A stretch of 64,000 nucleotides of DNA. It comes from Tubiluchus corallicola (Eukaryota; Animalia; Priapulida). The translations under genes were made by a program, and so were the position numbers. The DNA is taken from the NCBI GenBank assembly GCA_030141605.1, contig JAQGDQ010000348.1, positions 62,001 to 126,000 on the forward strand, in the 5' to 3' direction. Under the pieces are notes generated by a model. That model saw only the letters and a program-made list of their open reading frames with translations, searched no databases and had not been told where the DNA came from. Positions 39,073 through 52,756 of this stretch are shown piece by piece. Positions within the stretch are counted from its first letter, which is position 1; every line of letters starts with the position of its first letter.

Positions 39073-40951
39073 GAAGCAGCGTATAATGTATAATATATGT
39101 ATTATGTATATATATATATATTTAAATAATGTAATGTATTAACCTCGTGAGGTTTCTTGTATTTAATGTATATATTACGTTACTTAACCTCCCTCGACTA
39201 ACCTGCACCTCTAATCACATTCTTCTCTATACACACCCCAATTTTAAACCCTGCCTTGTCTTGCCTAACCATTTCTCACAATCAATGTTGTGCTTACAAG
39301 ATTGTCTTTCAGGACACGTTGAAATATTTTATTGTAAGCAATTGATTTTTTGGCATGCCATTTTTGAAATTATTGTTCATGCCATTGAATGTACATTGCT
39401 TCTTGTGAAACATCAATAAATAAATAAAAATTATGCACAGTTGACCTAAATCAGATGGTCAGTTTTTCAGTCTACCGATTGTAAAGTCTACGGACACAGA
39501 CAACTAACTAGACTTTGCTGTGGTGTTCATGAAATATGATAGTCGACTTGTAATGATAAATGTACAGGCATTGCTATTTTTTCAATATTCTCTTTGTGAG
39601 AAAAATACAAGTTTCGTCTTCTTATCAGACGACTAGCCAATAGTACAAAGCCTGTTTCCTTTCAAGCAAATATATTGCTTCTTGCTATACGGTAGTTGTT
39701 GCCGAACATGGCGCTGTGGTAGGCATTAGAAAACGAAATTTTGCTAGCAAGCTTGGAGAGAGAACAACCGACCATTAGAAATAAAAAACGAGCTATTTCT
39801 GAATTCTGAGTGCACTGCTATTGATTTCATACACCAGACAAATGTTGCCCTTTCTAGTCAATTTTTAATCTACAGATTCTGAGAGGTTTGCTTCATTAGT
39901 GTAATTCTGTATTATGCATATCTTTGCACAAAAAAATTCCTGTTAACGTTTATAGGTTTTAACGGCACCTAGTGAACATTTTCGAAGTATTTTTAGCTTA
40001 CCCTTTGAACTTTGTTATGTTGCAGCCAATCAAACATCAGATGCCACCTTTAGGCGTAGTCACCTGACTTTACTTACCTGTTTTACCTGTTCATACTTAC
40101 AGTACTTACACGTGTACGATTATAGCTCTTTGTCGTTTTTTAAGTCTGGTGAATCTAGTAATTGTTATTTTTTGTTATCCATGCCATTTTAATCACCTAA
40201 TTCTAATTAGTGTCTATTATCTTTCCCTTGTACTAAACTAACGCAATAATATATAATCTACCGTTTTTGCTATAAATTAGAAACGGATTAGGCGATTATT
40301 GGACACACGTCATATTTTTGTTTAACTGCTGGAATTTCCTATTTTCACCTGTTAATTATTCATCTATCGTTGCTTAAAATCCCAAACGTTGTTCTGAAAA
40401 CTGATTGTGGACAATTATGAACACTGTCCTAGCTATGGAAATATTTATACCATTTAGTTCATTTACTCTGGTATTTGATTACAAGATATAATCAATACAT
40501 TGTGCCTTTTTGTAGAACCAACACAGCTAAGCATTTTATAATATTTCAATGACCAAAAGTCTGGAATGAGATCCGCAAAAATAGCAGATCTATTACTAGA
40601 TTTAAAAAAATCCTAAAAAATCAAATTTTAAGTAAGTCAATGCCTGACAATCAATTGTATTGTTTAAAATAAAAAAATCACACACAACAAGACAAGTATT
40701 TTAGAAACAAGTTATTATTCATATATAACTTACCTACACAACAGCAAATAACAATTTATAAGATTACACGTAGATGTAATTTTCTAGATCCACATAAATT
40801 TCTAGATCCACATAATTTATGTACACAGTATATACCTATCAAGTTTAAGACGACAAAGCTGTTTGATCTGGGATTTTCGCAATAGATAAGCTCTTCTAGT
40901 TCAAGCTGCTCAGAAAAAAGCTTCTTGCTGTATTTTTGTCAGGGATGGTAC

Positions 40952-41373
40952 CAGGGGCGTATTAACCAATAGGGTAACTAGGCTATAGCCTAGGGTGCCA
41001 TAGTTTGACGTGCGTCACATTTTAGAAAAATTTATTCTCCGCGGAAAATGTGTATACTTTTACATTCATGTAAAAGGCGCATCTTATAAGACACCACAGG
41101 CAGTTACGAGTTCAACTTCTATACAAGTGCCGCATAACGAACAGGAGCAAGATATTACCCCAACAAGCAGTAGTGCAGCCTACTTGAATATAAGCGCTAT
41201 GCAAATACATATAATTAATAATGACCACTTAGAAACTAGGTTAATAGTGTTTCTAATGCACCACAAGTAAATAGCTTAACCTGCTTTTTACATAAACAAT
41301 CATAAATTCACAATAGAAAGGGGCGAGACAGAGCTATCAGCCTAGGGTGTCGTAAAGTGATGATACGCCCCTG
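40952..41373. mobile_element. hAT-type MITE
   Basis: TIR CAGGGGCGTAT...ATACGCCCCTG; 8-bp TSD GATGGTAC / CATGGTAC; ~130 bp past the Tyr-rich gene stop codon. Confidence 0.75.
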
Positions 41374-41502
41374 CATGGTACCATTGTTACTGGAACTAAG
41401 CTTGTCTCATTGTCAAAACAATGTCAATTTGTACATTTACATCGAACTAAACAACAATATATGCACCATTATTGTGATTATACAAGCAATTTGATATTAG
41501 GA

Positions 41503-44500
41503 TCACGACCGATAGTCTCTACGCGGGTAACTCGATTGTGTTTTTGATTCGCGAGTGTAGTATCTGTCTTCTGTCTGTCCTCTATCATCATATTGTCTAC
41601 TACGAGGGTTGTAACTTGAGTACGCGGAATGTTCTTCTTCCGGGGTAGTTTCATAACCTATTTTATATGAATATTGAGGTCTTTTGTAGCTTTCGGGTCG
41701 TTCGTAACTTTCTGTTCTTTCGTAACTTTGCGGTCTTCTGTAACTTTCAGATTTTTCATTTTCATTGTACCCATAAAGATTGCTGGCTTTCTCAGCTGGT
41801 TGCTCATATGCTGATCTTTCGTAACTTTCATCGCTGTAGCTATTAGTAGGATATTTGGAAGGTTCACGTTCCTCGTAACTATACTGATCGGCAACTCTAC
41901 TTTCATAGGCTGGCTCTTCGTATTGAGAACTTGACGAATAACCGGGTTCTTCATAAGAACTTTCTGGACTTTCGTACCTATACTGGTTGTCTCGTTTTCC
42001 ATCATAAGCAGTTGAATCTTCATATCTTGAGCTGCCATACCTTGAGTCACTGTATTCGCTTTCTGGGTATGATTCTCGTGGTCCCTCGTACCTTGCTCGA
42101 CTAGCTGGATATCTGGACGTTTCTGTTTCGTACGAATCTTTTGGCCTTTCGTAGCTATATTTACTAGACCTTTCGCTATCATAAACTGGCTGTTCGTATT
42201 GTGAGCTTTCGTACTTCGATTCGCCGTATCCATCAGTTGGATAAGATGATTCGTATGATTCTCGTGGCCTCTCATAGCCATGTGCATCAGTATTACCACT
42301 TTCATACGATGGTTGTTGATACTGAGAGTCGCCATAAGGACTGCTCTTTGGTCTATGTTGATCATAGCTGAAACCAGTATAGCTTCTCTTCTCCGATTCC
42401 TCGTATCGAGGTACTTCTGGTTCCTCGTAAATGCTACTGCCATAGTCTTGGACATTGTGGTAAGTCTCATACTTGCCACTAGATGACTCTGAATCATCGT
42501 AGGAACTGGAAGGCCTTCTATCATCGTGGTACGATGAAGGAGCCTTGTATGACTCCCCACCATCATAACCTCTATCTGGTGCGGGATCGTATGTTTCTTT
42601 TGCATATCGATCATGATCATTTTTATAAACTTGTGTGCGAGAAAACCCATGAATGCCTGGCCCGCTGTAAGAATCACTTTCTGAACCATAGTACCGGTCG
42701 GGCTCTTCTTTTTGGTGCACTTGTCCGCCATAGACGTTATCCTCACCGGAAGGTCTATACCCATACGTCTTTACATTCTCCTTGGTTTGTCTGTATCCAT
42801 AAGAGCTTGGCTTTTCACTACCCAGTGGACGATAGCCATATGAACCTGATTTCATATCATCCATTGATGGTACGTACTCATGTGGCTCTTCATTATATGC
42901 ATCATCTTTTGCACCACTGTCAAACTTTGTCGGGCTGTACGTATTATAATTATAACTCATATCTGGCTCGTAATCATTACCTTGACTATATGTTGATTTA
43001 GACTCAGTGTAACGTCTGCCGCTGTCGCCATCGCCATATCTTTGTCTCTCAGATCTTGGTCGATACCCATAGGAGGGAGACGTTCCGACTCCATAGCCCC
43101 GAACCCCATATTTGCTGTCGAATATTCGTCCAATCTGATCGTATCCCATCTGAACTGGTCGATAAACTGGCTTGCTGTAAGAATTGTCATCTTTGCTGTT
43201 GTAATTGTCCTGTCTGTCGTATGAATCCCTTGGTTCAGAGGAATACACCTGGCTTTCATATGGTTCCTTTTTGCCAAACTCATAATTGTCATCGTAATTA
43301 GAATAGGAGGATTGCTTCTGGTCATCGGAAGAGAGCGACAACCTATACTCTGGTTCTTGTTCTCTGGCGTAAACCGGTTCAGATGAATATTCTTCTCTTT
43401 GTGGATAGGAATTCTCTCTGTAGCTTTTGTCTGTTTTTTCGTACTGACGATAGTCGTCGCTGCTGTACCTATCACTAGAATCATAGACGTCCCTGTCACT
43501 GTAACGACCATCGTAACTCGATTCTTGATTTCCATCTCTTTCTGAATATTCTGATTGAGAATCGTAATCTCGTCGTGGTTCGTAACTTTGCCTGTAGGTG
43601 CCAGTGTTGCTCTGTGCGTACTCGTCTCGACTATACCATTCTGGTGGCTTTTCGCTACCACGGTACCGGGAAGAGCCGGATGAGGAGGAATAATCCCTGT
43701 ATCCCATGCCATCCACCGAAACAGTCAACTGTAAAATGTCATTTTGATTTCTGTTACAAAAACTAATAACTTAAAAACTAATAATTTACATTTCTAATTT
43801 TATATAAGTGTAATATAATTTTACTAATTTTACATAAAAGTAAAGATATAAAAATTGGTGTTTTATACGTCAGTAATCGTATAAAATCAAGTATAAGCTA
43901 CTAGTAAAGGAAGCCATATATCTGGAGTAGAACCATTTGAAATATTGATTGCAATACGTAAAGGAGAGCTGTTTAAAGCCTTAAACAGAAAGTTGCAAAA
44001 AAGCTATCGTGTCGTCTTTTGTTATTTATAAATTCAAAAACGAACCTTAATAAAAAAGGTCTAACATTTTTAATCGTTTAAATGTGTTAGTCCTGTTTCT
44101 CAATTTAATTTTGATTATATTATCATTGCAATAATTTCAGACAGTATACAATTTTTTATAATATTGAAATCAACTTATAACTATGTATTGAATTATTTTA
44201 TCATGAAATCCGATCTCAATTCTGTACTTTATCATCTGTATTGCAGCAGCCTATAAGATTAATATACATCTTCTGTGTATATGTTTATATAGTGTTTGTC
44301 AGATTACACGTTTTATTTGTGTGTTACTGTGTAAATTTGTTCTTGTGTGTGTAATTCCTCAATTAGAACTAAACATTCAGAACTAGAATGTACATATTTC
44401 TTTTATTCGTAATAAATAAAAGGATTTCATACTATTCTTACTAAGAATTACACAATTAAACTAACGCCATGTTTGACAATGGAATTAAGGCTAAATCGGC

Positions 44501-45494
44501 CAATATGATAACTGGTTTAGTGGTTTATTATAACTGCTTTAGTCTAAATGTAAATGAGGCGGTCGTATGAACGTAATATAAACATAATGTTAGAAATTGA
44601 AAGGTGCACTAATATCCCAAACGATGAAAGATTGTGTCATTTTTGTAATCAGTTAGCAGTCGAGTTTGAAAAACGTGTTTTATTGGAATGTCCCCTTTAT
44701 GATGATATTCGCTTTTTATTATTCCAGGGTCTAAGCTCAAAAATCAATAATTTTAATGAGTTCAACCATAATGATGCATTATGCCAGATACTGTCAAGTG
44801 ATATTTGTTTAAAAGAATGCACCAAAACCTGCCACCTAGTGCTGAAAAGAAGAAATTTTTAACTATTGTAATGATATATTTTAATGTTTGTTTAATGTCT
44901 GTTTTAATTTATATGTAAAATGATTTTAAGGTGTCTCGTAACTCTGTCGACAGAGTGGTTTTATTTTACTGTAAGTGTGCGTACTTTTGTGTTTTATATT
45001 GTTGTAAAATGAAACGTGACATTATAATAAACGAACTATGCTACAGTATGCTGTTCTGTACTGTACAGTACTGTAGTATACTTAACTATACTGTACTATA
45101 CTATACTATACTGTACTATACTATACTATACTATACTGTACTGTACTGTACTGTACTGTACTGTACTGTACTGTACTGTACTGTACTGTACTGTACTGTA
45201 CTATACTATGAATTGTCTGTCCATGTTCCAGAAATTGAAATTCGGCCTGGTGTATTAATAATTGAGGTATGGTATATTAATAACTTTTAATAACACACAT
45301 AGTCTACATGATCTCCTTTTTAATTACTTTGTGAACATGATTACATTTTCAACCAACAAGAATTGTAATTATATAACTGTAATTTATCACGAAGTCTGGA
45401 AAAAAGTAACAAATTCAATTGATATTTTTAAGCGAACTCTTACTATAAGAGACACTGTTGACACGAGAATCAAAATTCGCTTCGTCAGCAACAT
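41503..45494 (-). CDS. Secreted Tyr/Ser/Glu/Asp-rich low-complexity protein, two coding exons (45494-45444, 43728-41503), 758 aa
   Basis: Exon A MLLTKRILILVSTVSLI |GTAAGA (phase 0) joins TTTTACAG| LTVSVDG-MGYRD..., completing a signal peptide. The 741-codon exon has YGYRP and ESYERP-type repeats, few aliphatic residues and no Cys seen. An acceptor at 45521-45520 implies an upstream non-coding exon. Confidence 0.85.
44554..45035 (+). mobile_element. LINE 3' remnant (C-terminal Cys/His motif) in Tyr-rich gene intron
   Basis: ERLCHFCNQLAVEFEKRVLLECPLYDDIR matches the RxCxxC...E.E.HxLxxCxxY motif of non-LTR ORF2 ends; AATAAA then (TACTG)n. Confidence 0.65.
45050..45210. repeat. (TACTG/TACTA)n pentanucleotide repeat
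   Basis: Direct observation. Confidence 0.93.
45444..45494 (-). CDS. Signal-peptide exon of the Tyr-rich protein (not in ORF track)
   Basis: ATG TTG CTG ACG AAG CGA ATT TTG ATT CTC GTG TCA ACA GTG TCT CTT ATA |GTAAGAG; 51 nt. Confidence 0.8.
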
Positions 45495-45814
45495 AATTGA
45501 GGTAAAATTCTCTGATGATCTGAAAATGAACAACAAAACGGCACATTTTTAGCAAACACTCAATTTCAATAACAATTTCAATTTTTGCGTTTAAAACTTC
45601 TATTGTTACAGACGAGGATTTAACAGTGAAATTTATACAATGTAATATATCCAGATTAACTGCATTATAAACATTAATATGACATACACTTATGTTATGT
45701 AATGTAGTTAATTAATTCTAATAATACATTAATTAGTTAATTAATTATGAGCAATTATTAATTAATTAAGAGGGCCAGGAAAACTGCTTTTGTGTGATTT
45801 CGTTAGTCACTCTC

Positions 45815-46222
45815 ATGCCGGTTATCCTGCTCCCAGCTATTCTGCCCCCAGTTATTCCGTCCCCGGCTATCCTGCCCCCAGCTGTCCTGCCTCCGGCTAT
45901 TCTGTCCCCGTTTATCCAGCCCTCAGCTATCCTGCCCCCAGCTTTCCTGCCTTCAGCTATTCTGCCCCCGGTTACCCTGCCCGTGCCTACCCTGCTCACA
46001 GCTATTTTGTCCCCGGTTACCCTGGCCCTGACTATCCTGCTCCCGGCTATTCTGTCCCTGGCTATCCTGCCCCTGACTATCCTGCCCCGGACTACCCCGC
46101 TCACAGCTATTCTGTCCCCGGCTATCCTGCCACTGACTGTCCTGCTCCCGGCTATTCTATACCCAGCTATCCCGCCTCTGACTATCCTGCCCCTGGCTAC
46201 CCTTCTCCCAGCTATTCTGACT
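45815..46222 (+). repeat. GC-rich 15-bp repeat, ~27 copies (reads YPAPG on + strand)
   Basis: Unit CCTGCCCCCGGCTAT with substitutions but no indels seen. Confidence 0.9.
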
Positions 46223-46518
46223 CTGGCAGTTGGATACTGGTGAATAACGTGTCAAACCGTCAAAACGTAAGTAACGCGTAATTTATTTATGGTAAAAGAT
46301 TTTGTAAATCAGTTTGCTTCACTTTTTGTGTTTGAGAAAGTTTTTGTATAATTAAAGACGCTCTTTATTATTCCTCAAAAGAAACTGGGTCTTGTTTCGT
46401 GAACTTGTGCAAACTGGTTGCTAGACAGCAATTATTATTCTCACATTATTCAACAATAGCATAAACGTAAGAGTTTGGTTTTTTGTAAAACAACCTGTAC
46501 AATTTAACTCTTACTTAA

Positions 46519-47424
46519 AGGACAAGAAAAGAGGTACCTGAAGTAGGTTTCAGAAAAATCGCCTTAAAAAACTATATTACTTTACAGCAATTTTATGCAT
46601 GTATCATACTCGCGTTGAAAAGAATTTTTGTTTGTTTTCATTTTAAATCTCCCTCAATACTGTTCCGACAGCGTCATTACATGACGTCACCTACACGTAG
46701 GAGACTGTAGTCGCGAAATTAACACGTGATAGTAACTTTTGCGAACCTTTGTGATTCGCGAATCATTTTTAGGAACAAGAAAAACGTTATTAAAGCACAA
46801 GGAAATTCGTCTTGAAATTTTGTAACCTTACTTCCTTTTTGCTTACAGGACTTGCGTCGGCAGTAACGCTGCTCAAATCTTGTAAATTTAAACTCCTGTG
46901 ACGACCGTTAGATGCAGCCATTTTAATGATAGGTTGTTTGAAACAAGTTTAGATAACATTGCGTGAAGTTTGAAAATATAATTACAGCATTTGTAGCGCA
47001 CATGTTACTAACTGAGTAAAATCTTAAATTACAGTACCTTGTAAATAAGATTAGAAATACGTTTTTGGCTAGTGAGTGGCGCACTCTGGAGGTGAGTCAA
47101 CATCATTTTACCATTTTGCACGGATATTTTAAATTATGTATTTCTAGTTACATATGTCTTTCAAGCAGGTAAGCGAAATGCTAATTTATAGATTTATAGA
47201 TTTCCAAAGAAAGTTTTTGGGGCATAATTTAAGCCTTTTCCTCCCCTGGTTTACGTTTGTGTAGCGACGTCACGTAATGGCGACTTCTGAACAGAAACGC
47301 GGGAGATTTAAAATGAAAACAAACAAAAATTCCTTTTAACGCGAGTATGATATATGCACAAAAATGCTGTTAAGTAATATAGTTTTTAAGGGGATTTTTT
47401 TAAACCTACGCTTTTGGTACACAT
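46519..47424. mobile_element. Foldback-type non-autonomous element with ~170-bp imperfect terminal inverted repeats
   Basis: 46545-46690 is the reverse complement of ~47265-47410; TTAA at both outer ends; a partial second copy lies at ~62400-62990. Confidence 0.7.
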
Positions 47425-48249
47425 TTAAGGATCGTGAATTCTAAAATCAACCAAAAGATGGCAGCACATACATGTTATCTTTGTGGTAAAAGCGTGTATT
47501 ACAGAAAGCATGAAAGCCACGTTGCCGATGTGAGTAATTTTAGCGCACAATCAAGGCTGAATTTTGGTTTTGCAGGCCCCCTGGACTGGGTTTTGATTTT
47601 GTGGGCCTCTGGGCTAGATTTTGATTTTGTAGGCTCCTCGGCTAGAAATATTGTGAGGACCCCCTCCCTCCGTGATAATGTGTTTATGTGTGATTGTTGG
47701 ATTCTTCAAATCAATTTATTCAACTTCTATATTTCTATAAGGCCAACATTAGGCTCACATAGATGGCGGCAAATGTAACTCAACAAAGAGCGAAGAGACA
47801 TTCTGATATTTACAAAATTAAAGTAAGTTTTTGAAATATTAAATATAATATGTACAAATTACAATAAATAAGCTACTGGTATTTTAACGCATATCATAAA
47901 ATCTACTGTTAGTAGTACTAATTAACTTAAATTCACCAATGAACTCTTTGAAACTATAATAAATCTATGTATTTATACTGTAACTAGAGACAATTCTCTT
48001 TAACAGTTGTCTCTATTACAGACTTTAATAAATATTGTAATGACACAGACTTTGATATAACCATTTACTCTGTAGTAACTTTTCAAAGTAAATTAATTTT
48101 ACTTAATCTCTGGAGGCCCTTCAGCTGGTAGGGGTCACTCAGCCGCAGCCCATAAAGCCCTTAGTCCGGCACTGAGCGCCATACTTAAAAATCCATTTTC
48201 CAGACATTTTCACGAGCGAAAATAAAACACGAAATTCTTCTCAAAGTTA

Positions 48250-48850
48250 AAGCAAAATCGGACCCAACCTTAAACTGTAGGACAAAACAATCTACTCCTT
48301 TAATGTATTGAAAGGAAACAAACTATTTTTTAAAGAATGACTTACGTGAAAGAATTACTATTACACAAATGCAATTTCACGTTCGCGCATTAGTTTTACA
48401 AGCACTTCGCCATTCGCTAGTTAGCGCCTGCATTTCGGAAACGCATAGCACAAAAACAGGTGCTGTACCACTCAGTTCAGTTGTATTCGTTTGTGACGGA
48501 CTACACACGTTCAACGGCTTATACTTGAGCACAGCGGTAAATTTGAAATTTGAATTTTTTATCTTAAAACTTGCCTAGTTTTAGTACAACACACTGAACA
48601 TCTTACAGTAGCACTGCACTTCAACTTCCGCTTTCACTGACATATGCAACACGCTCGTAGAATATTTTTGATATTGAAAATTGTGTTAGTTTGTGATGTC
48701 ACCACTAGTTGGGTTCGCACACCGTTAGTTAAGTTTTCATCTGTTATTTAATGATCAGAGACGCTTTTGCAGTTTTTATTGTGTTAAAATATATACTTTT
48801 TATCGGACTTGAAAATGGGGTAGTACATGAAAAACCATCATGTCTTCCTT
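48250..48850. mobile_element. Family C copy
   Basis: Colinear with 27570-28111; boundaries approximate. Confidence 0.6.
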
Positions 48851-49215
48851 GAAGCTTTTCATATTTTTCTACTTTATCTTACATATCAGTACAGAACTGA
48901 CCTGGTGCCCTTCTAAATCTCAACCTTAAACAATGTTGAATGATTAGCCAATGCCCTTAATAATGGCAAACAGAGCTAAACTGTTGATAAGGTTACAGTT
49001 AGCATGTAATTGTAGCTATTTCATACCCAATTAGTTTTGTAGAAATCAACACTTCTTTGTTACTTATCTATATTATGCCCTATTCAAAATACTGGGTGGC
49101 CTAGAAAAAATTCAGCTAATTCTAAGTGTAACAATTTTTACAGCTGAAGTATTCAGTAGCACAAATCGGCCCAACAGTTTGGTTTTTCCATTGCATTCAT
49201 TGTTTTAAAAGCAAT

Positions 49216-49604
49216 AAGCCTTTTCACAGTTCCGACGATTGATGATGATCGTGAAAAGATCAAAGGTTAAATGTACCAGACAATGTAGTTGTGTACACTT
49301 GACAACGCCTCGCAGTCCAATCTATTGCAATAGCAACAGTTTTAACAGCTAACTAGAACCTTACCTAGTTCACTTTTTCTTGTTCCCAAGCCAGATCCTG
49401 CCAGTAGATCACTCTACGCACAAACTAATGCATAGTTGAGTAAAGTCCGTGTAAAACAACTGAGGATACTGAACTGATGCGGTAAGCGGCTTTGCTTTAC
49501 CCACACATCGGGTGACGGTTACAGTTAAGCCGTGTTGCTGTGATACACTTAACCTTTGAGCTACCGCAATTGGGCATGCGCACTGCGAAGTTGTGACAAG
49601 GCTT
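49216..49604. mobile_element. MITE family A
   Basis: AAGCCTTTTCACAGTT...GTTGTGACAAGGCTT. Confidence 0.72.
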
Positions 49605-50924
49605 TTTCCATTATTTTCTCAATGCCAACTCAGGTAAAAATTTCCAAATTTTACAAAAAAATGCTGAATGATGTCCTGCAGCCAGCGAATGATCCACATC
49701 AAAACGTTTCTATCGAGAAAAATGTTTAACGAAAAAAATGAAAAAAATCCAATTAAATAAATTAAAAAATAATCATATCCTGTTAGATACTCTAAAGAGC
49801 CTCCCACTTTGAGCAGGACTCGTTTAGCATTTTTTAATCGTGTATGATTGGAATTTTGTTTGTTTTTTGTGCAATGCGTTTCCAAGCGTAAGTTTCCGTC
49901 TAACTAGAGAATGGCGAAATGCATGTAACAGCAAAGAACTAGTGGCGCGAAAGCGAAATTGTGTTCGAAATGGTAATATTTAAAGCGAAAATTGTAATAA
50001 TTCTTTCACGAAAGTCATTTTTGAAAAAATAGTATGTTTCGCTTCAATATTTCAAAGAGTAGATTGTTTTGACTTACAGTTTAAGAATGGGCTTTGCTTT
50101 AATTGTCACTAAAAATTGCAATGAGATTGTAATTGTTATCAAAAAAATTAAAGATAATATAAAAGATAAAAACAGGAGATTAAAGGGATGCGTCAAGTTT
50201 GAGCTCCATGACTGTTTCCTCGTGTCAGATGAGAGAAAAACAAGGAAACAGAAAATATCACATATCCGCTTAGGCCCAAAGGCAGGATACAATCGAATGT
50301 TGTGTGTTTTGCTACTTTATTCATAAAAAAGAATTAATTCAAGGCATTAAAAGTGAAATTTAAAGAAAAACAAGTTTTTTTTATTTAACAGAGACAACAG
50401 TAGCTTAAAATTTTACACAAATTCTAATTAAATTTTACCGCTTTTTTCTTAACGAAATCGGGTATACATTTTCCCCCAAAATATTTTGTTCGGTTTTCGC
50501 TCGCTAAACAACTGTGCTAGCAACTGTTTCCATGGATACCGCGTCGTTTCTGTGACGCTAACATTGTAAAACAATGTAAGCAGTAAAATACAACATGCGA
50601 CAACTAAACGCAAACGCTGCCGTAACTAAGGATTAAGGAGTTTCTGGCGCCATCTAACGAGTAAAGTGCGCAAAATCAAGTTCCAAACTTTCTTAGGAAA
50701 TGAGATCTTCTCACCTAGTTTTCTTTTACACAAATTACCAAGAAAAAGATAAAAGTGTCGGAAAATCTTAGAGCATTCACAAAGTATGCTATATTTGACT
50801 TTTGAAAACCACATCTATAACAGGAAATCTTCAAAAGTTGAATTTAGACAAACCAAAGTGATCGATGATTGCTGAAAATAATTTTTGCATCGAATATCAC
50901 ATTATAGGAAAGAACAAGTCACTC

Positions 50925-51406
50925 AGTATGGAGTGTTATCACTTAAACGTAGAAAAATATAACAAAGAAATTTGCGAAGAACTGCCTATAAAGCACAAAT
51001 CTAAAATACGCAAACTCTGAATATAAATTTTCAAGCATGGTGGTTACAGCCATTCGTTTGAAAATTATGACATAACTGGTGCACTTCGTGAATTTTCGTA
51101 ACTGCTGCACCTTACCTAATGTTCACGCAAAAATGTTAAAAAATTAGCTCATTTTTTTGTAAAAACTTATTATACTTTTACTTTTGTTGAAGATTGACAG
51201 TGCGCTACTTTTCTTCAAGACGAATGACGTCATTGGAAGAAGAATGGGCATTGAAAATGGAAGCGTCCAAACATGAAATGATCGCGACTTTAAAGTGATT
51301 TTACTAATTACACGAGGTGCTTATTGCAGTTTTATTACTAAATCTTTCTAGCATTTTTTCACGAACACTGAAATAAGCCTAACTTCCCATAAGGCTTGAC
51401 TTTTCT
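50925..51406. mobile_element. Family B copy (inverted relative to 52757-53319)
   Basis: Shares ATGACGTCATTGGAAGAAGAATGGGCATTGAAAATGG etc. Confidence 0.65.
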
Positions 51407-52756
51407 TTTAATAATAAAGTTTCCACACTGACATGTACAGACAGGCAAAACGAGGCGCAAAATGCAAGTAATTAAAGTCACTTAATTAAAGTAAACAAAT
51501 TACTTACACGAACGTGATTATACAACTTTCACTATAGAATGTTGTTTTAATAACTTTCACCGCAACAATTAAATTTAGTTGATGTTTGTTTACTTGTGCT
51601 GTTTGTAAACAATAGTTCACTGATAACCATAATAACAATAACAACAATGCATAAAGTGAAAGTAAGAAAAATTCAACAGAAGTGATTATACTTTCAACAT
51701 TGCGTGAGGAATGATCTAGCAGATTTATAATTTTAATGAATAATTAACTTCAACATTCGAATTATCCTGATTTTAATAACAAAAAATTACGTCAAAACAT
51801 ACAAGACAAAACTAATGTAAGCTTTCTGCGAATTCGGTAAAACAAAAGGATTAGACTCCATCGCATTTTAATTTACTGTTCAAAATTTACATTTTCTTGC
51901 CTATATAAGTTAGCAATTGTTTATAATATTTGAATAATTACCTTGGAATAGTTAATTAATTAATTAGGCAACCGAACACAGCTATCGTTTATGTCACAAA
52001 CTAACCACAGTTTGTGCAATGGCGGGCATTTTCCCAGCGCATCAGGCATTTTTGTGTAAGCGAAGATTGCTATAAGACGCTGATGTGATGTAACGAAAAT
52101 GAGGTCTACGTCACACTGACGTCACAGACGAATATTTCAGTTCGTGATCATGCTTATCATGATACCGCCCCTGTTTCGACCACGCGAATGTGACAAAGAT
52201 GAGCCATTGCCAGTCTTAGCGCACTTAGCTTTGAAAGTTTAACAACATTTAACTATACGAGGTAATTATTATTTAATGCATGATTTGATTTAAAAAAAGC
52301 TATTGTAATTTTCAATATTTTAGAGCATTCTTTATTTTGAACTAATGCCTACACACTTGTCCGGTTCTCCTTTAATAAACGCCGCTGGGTCGTTCATTTT
52401 TATCCAGTTTGTCACTCATCCACATGTCACTCATCACTCACTCATTGACATGAAGTTAATGGTTTGTGGCAGGACCGGTACAGTATACAGCTATCAAGGA
52501 GATTTTTTAAAGATGAGACACTGAGTCAGTAGCAGTTGTCTGTGTTCACATATTCCTTCTGTAAGAGCGAAACGACAAGGGCAGTACGGCAATTGAAATG
52601 CCCAGAATGTTGCCCATCTAGTTACTAATCTACACAAGTGTTTCTTATCTTCGGTCCACCAACACAGACTATGACGTGTGTTTTGTGTGTGTATAGCCCA
52701 TACACACGTTTACAGTATTATTAAATAAAGCAAATAAACACATTTTTGTTCGTTAA

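Noticed and set aside
41658-43712. Long overlapping same-strand ORFs (368 aa and 251 aa) as a dual-coding gene
   Set aside because: Both are in the +1 frame of the Tyr-rich gene; +1 stops need NTA/NTG (Leu/Ile/Val/Met) codons, which this protein largely lacks, so an open frame is expected.
45766-46243. Alternative readings of the 15-bp repeat (IAGGR on -, ILPPA on +)
   Set aside because: Unit variation is mostly non-synonymous in these frames; the YPAPG frame fits better if the segment is coding at all.
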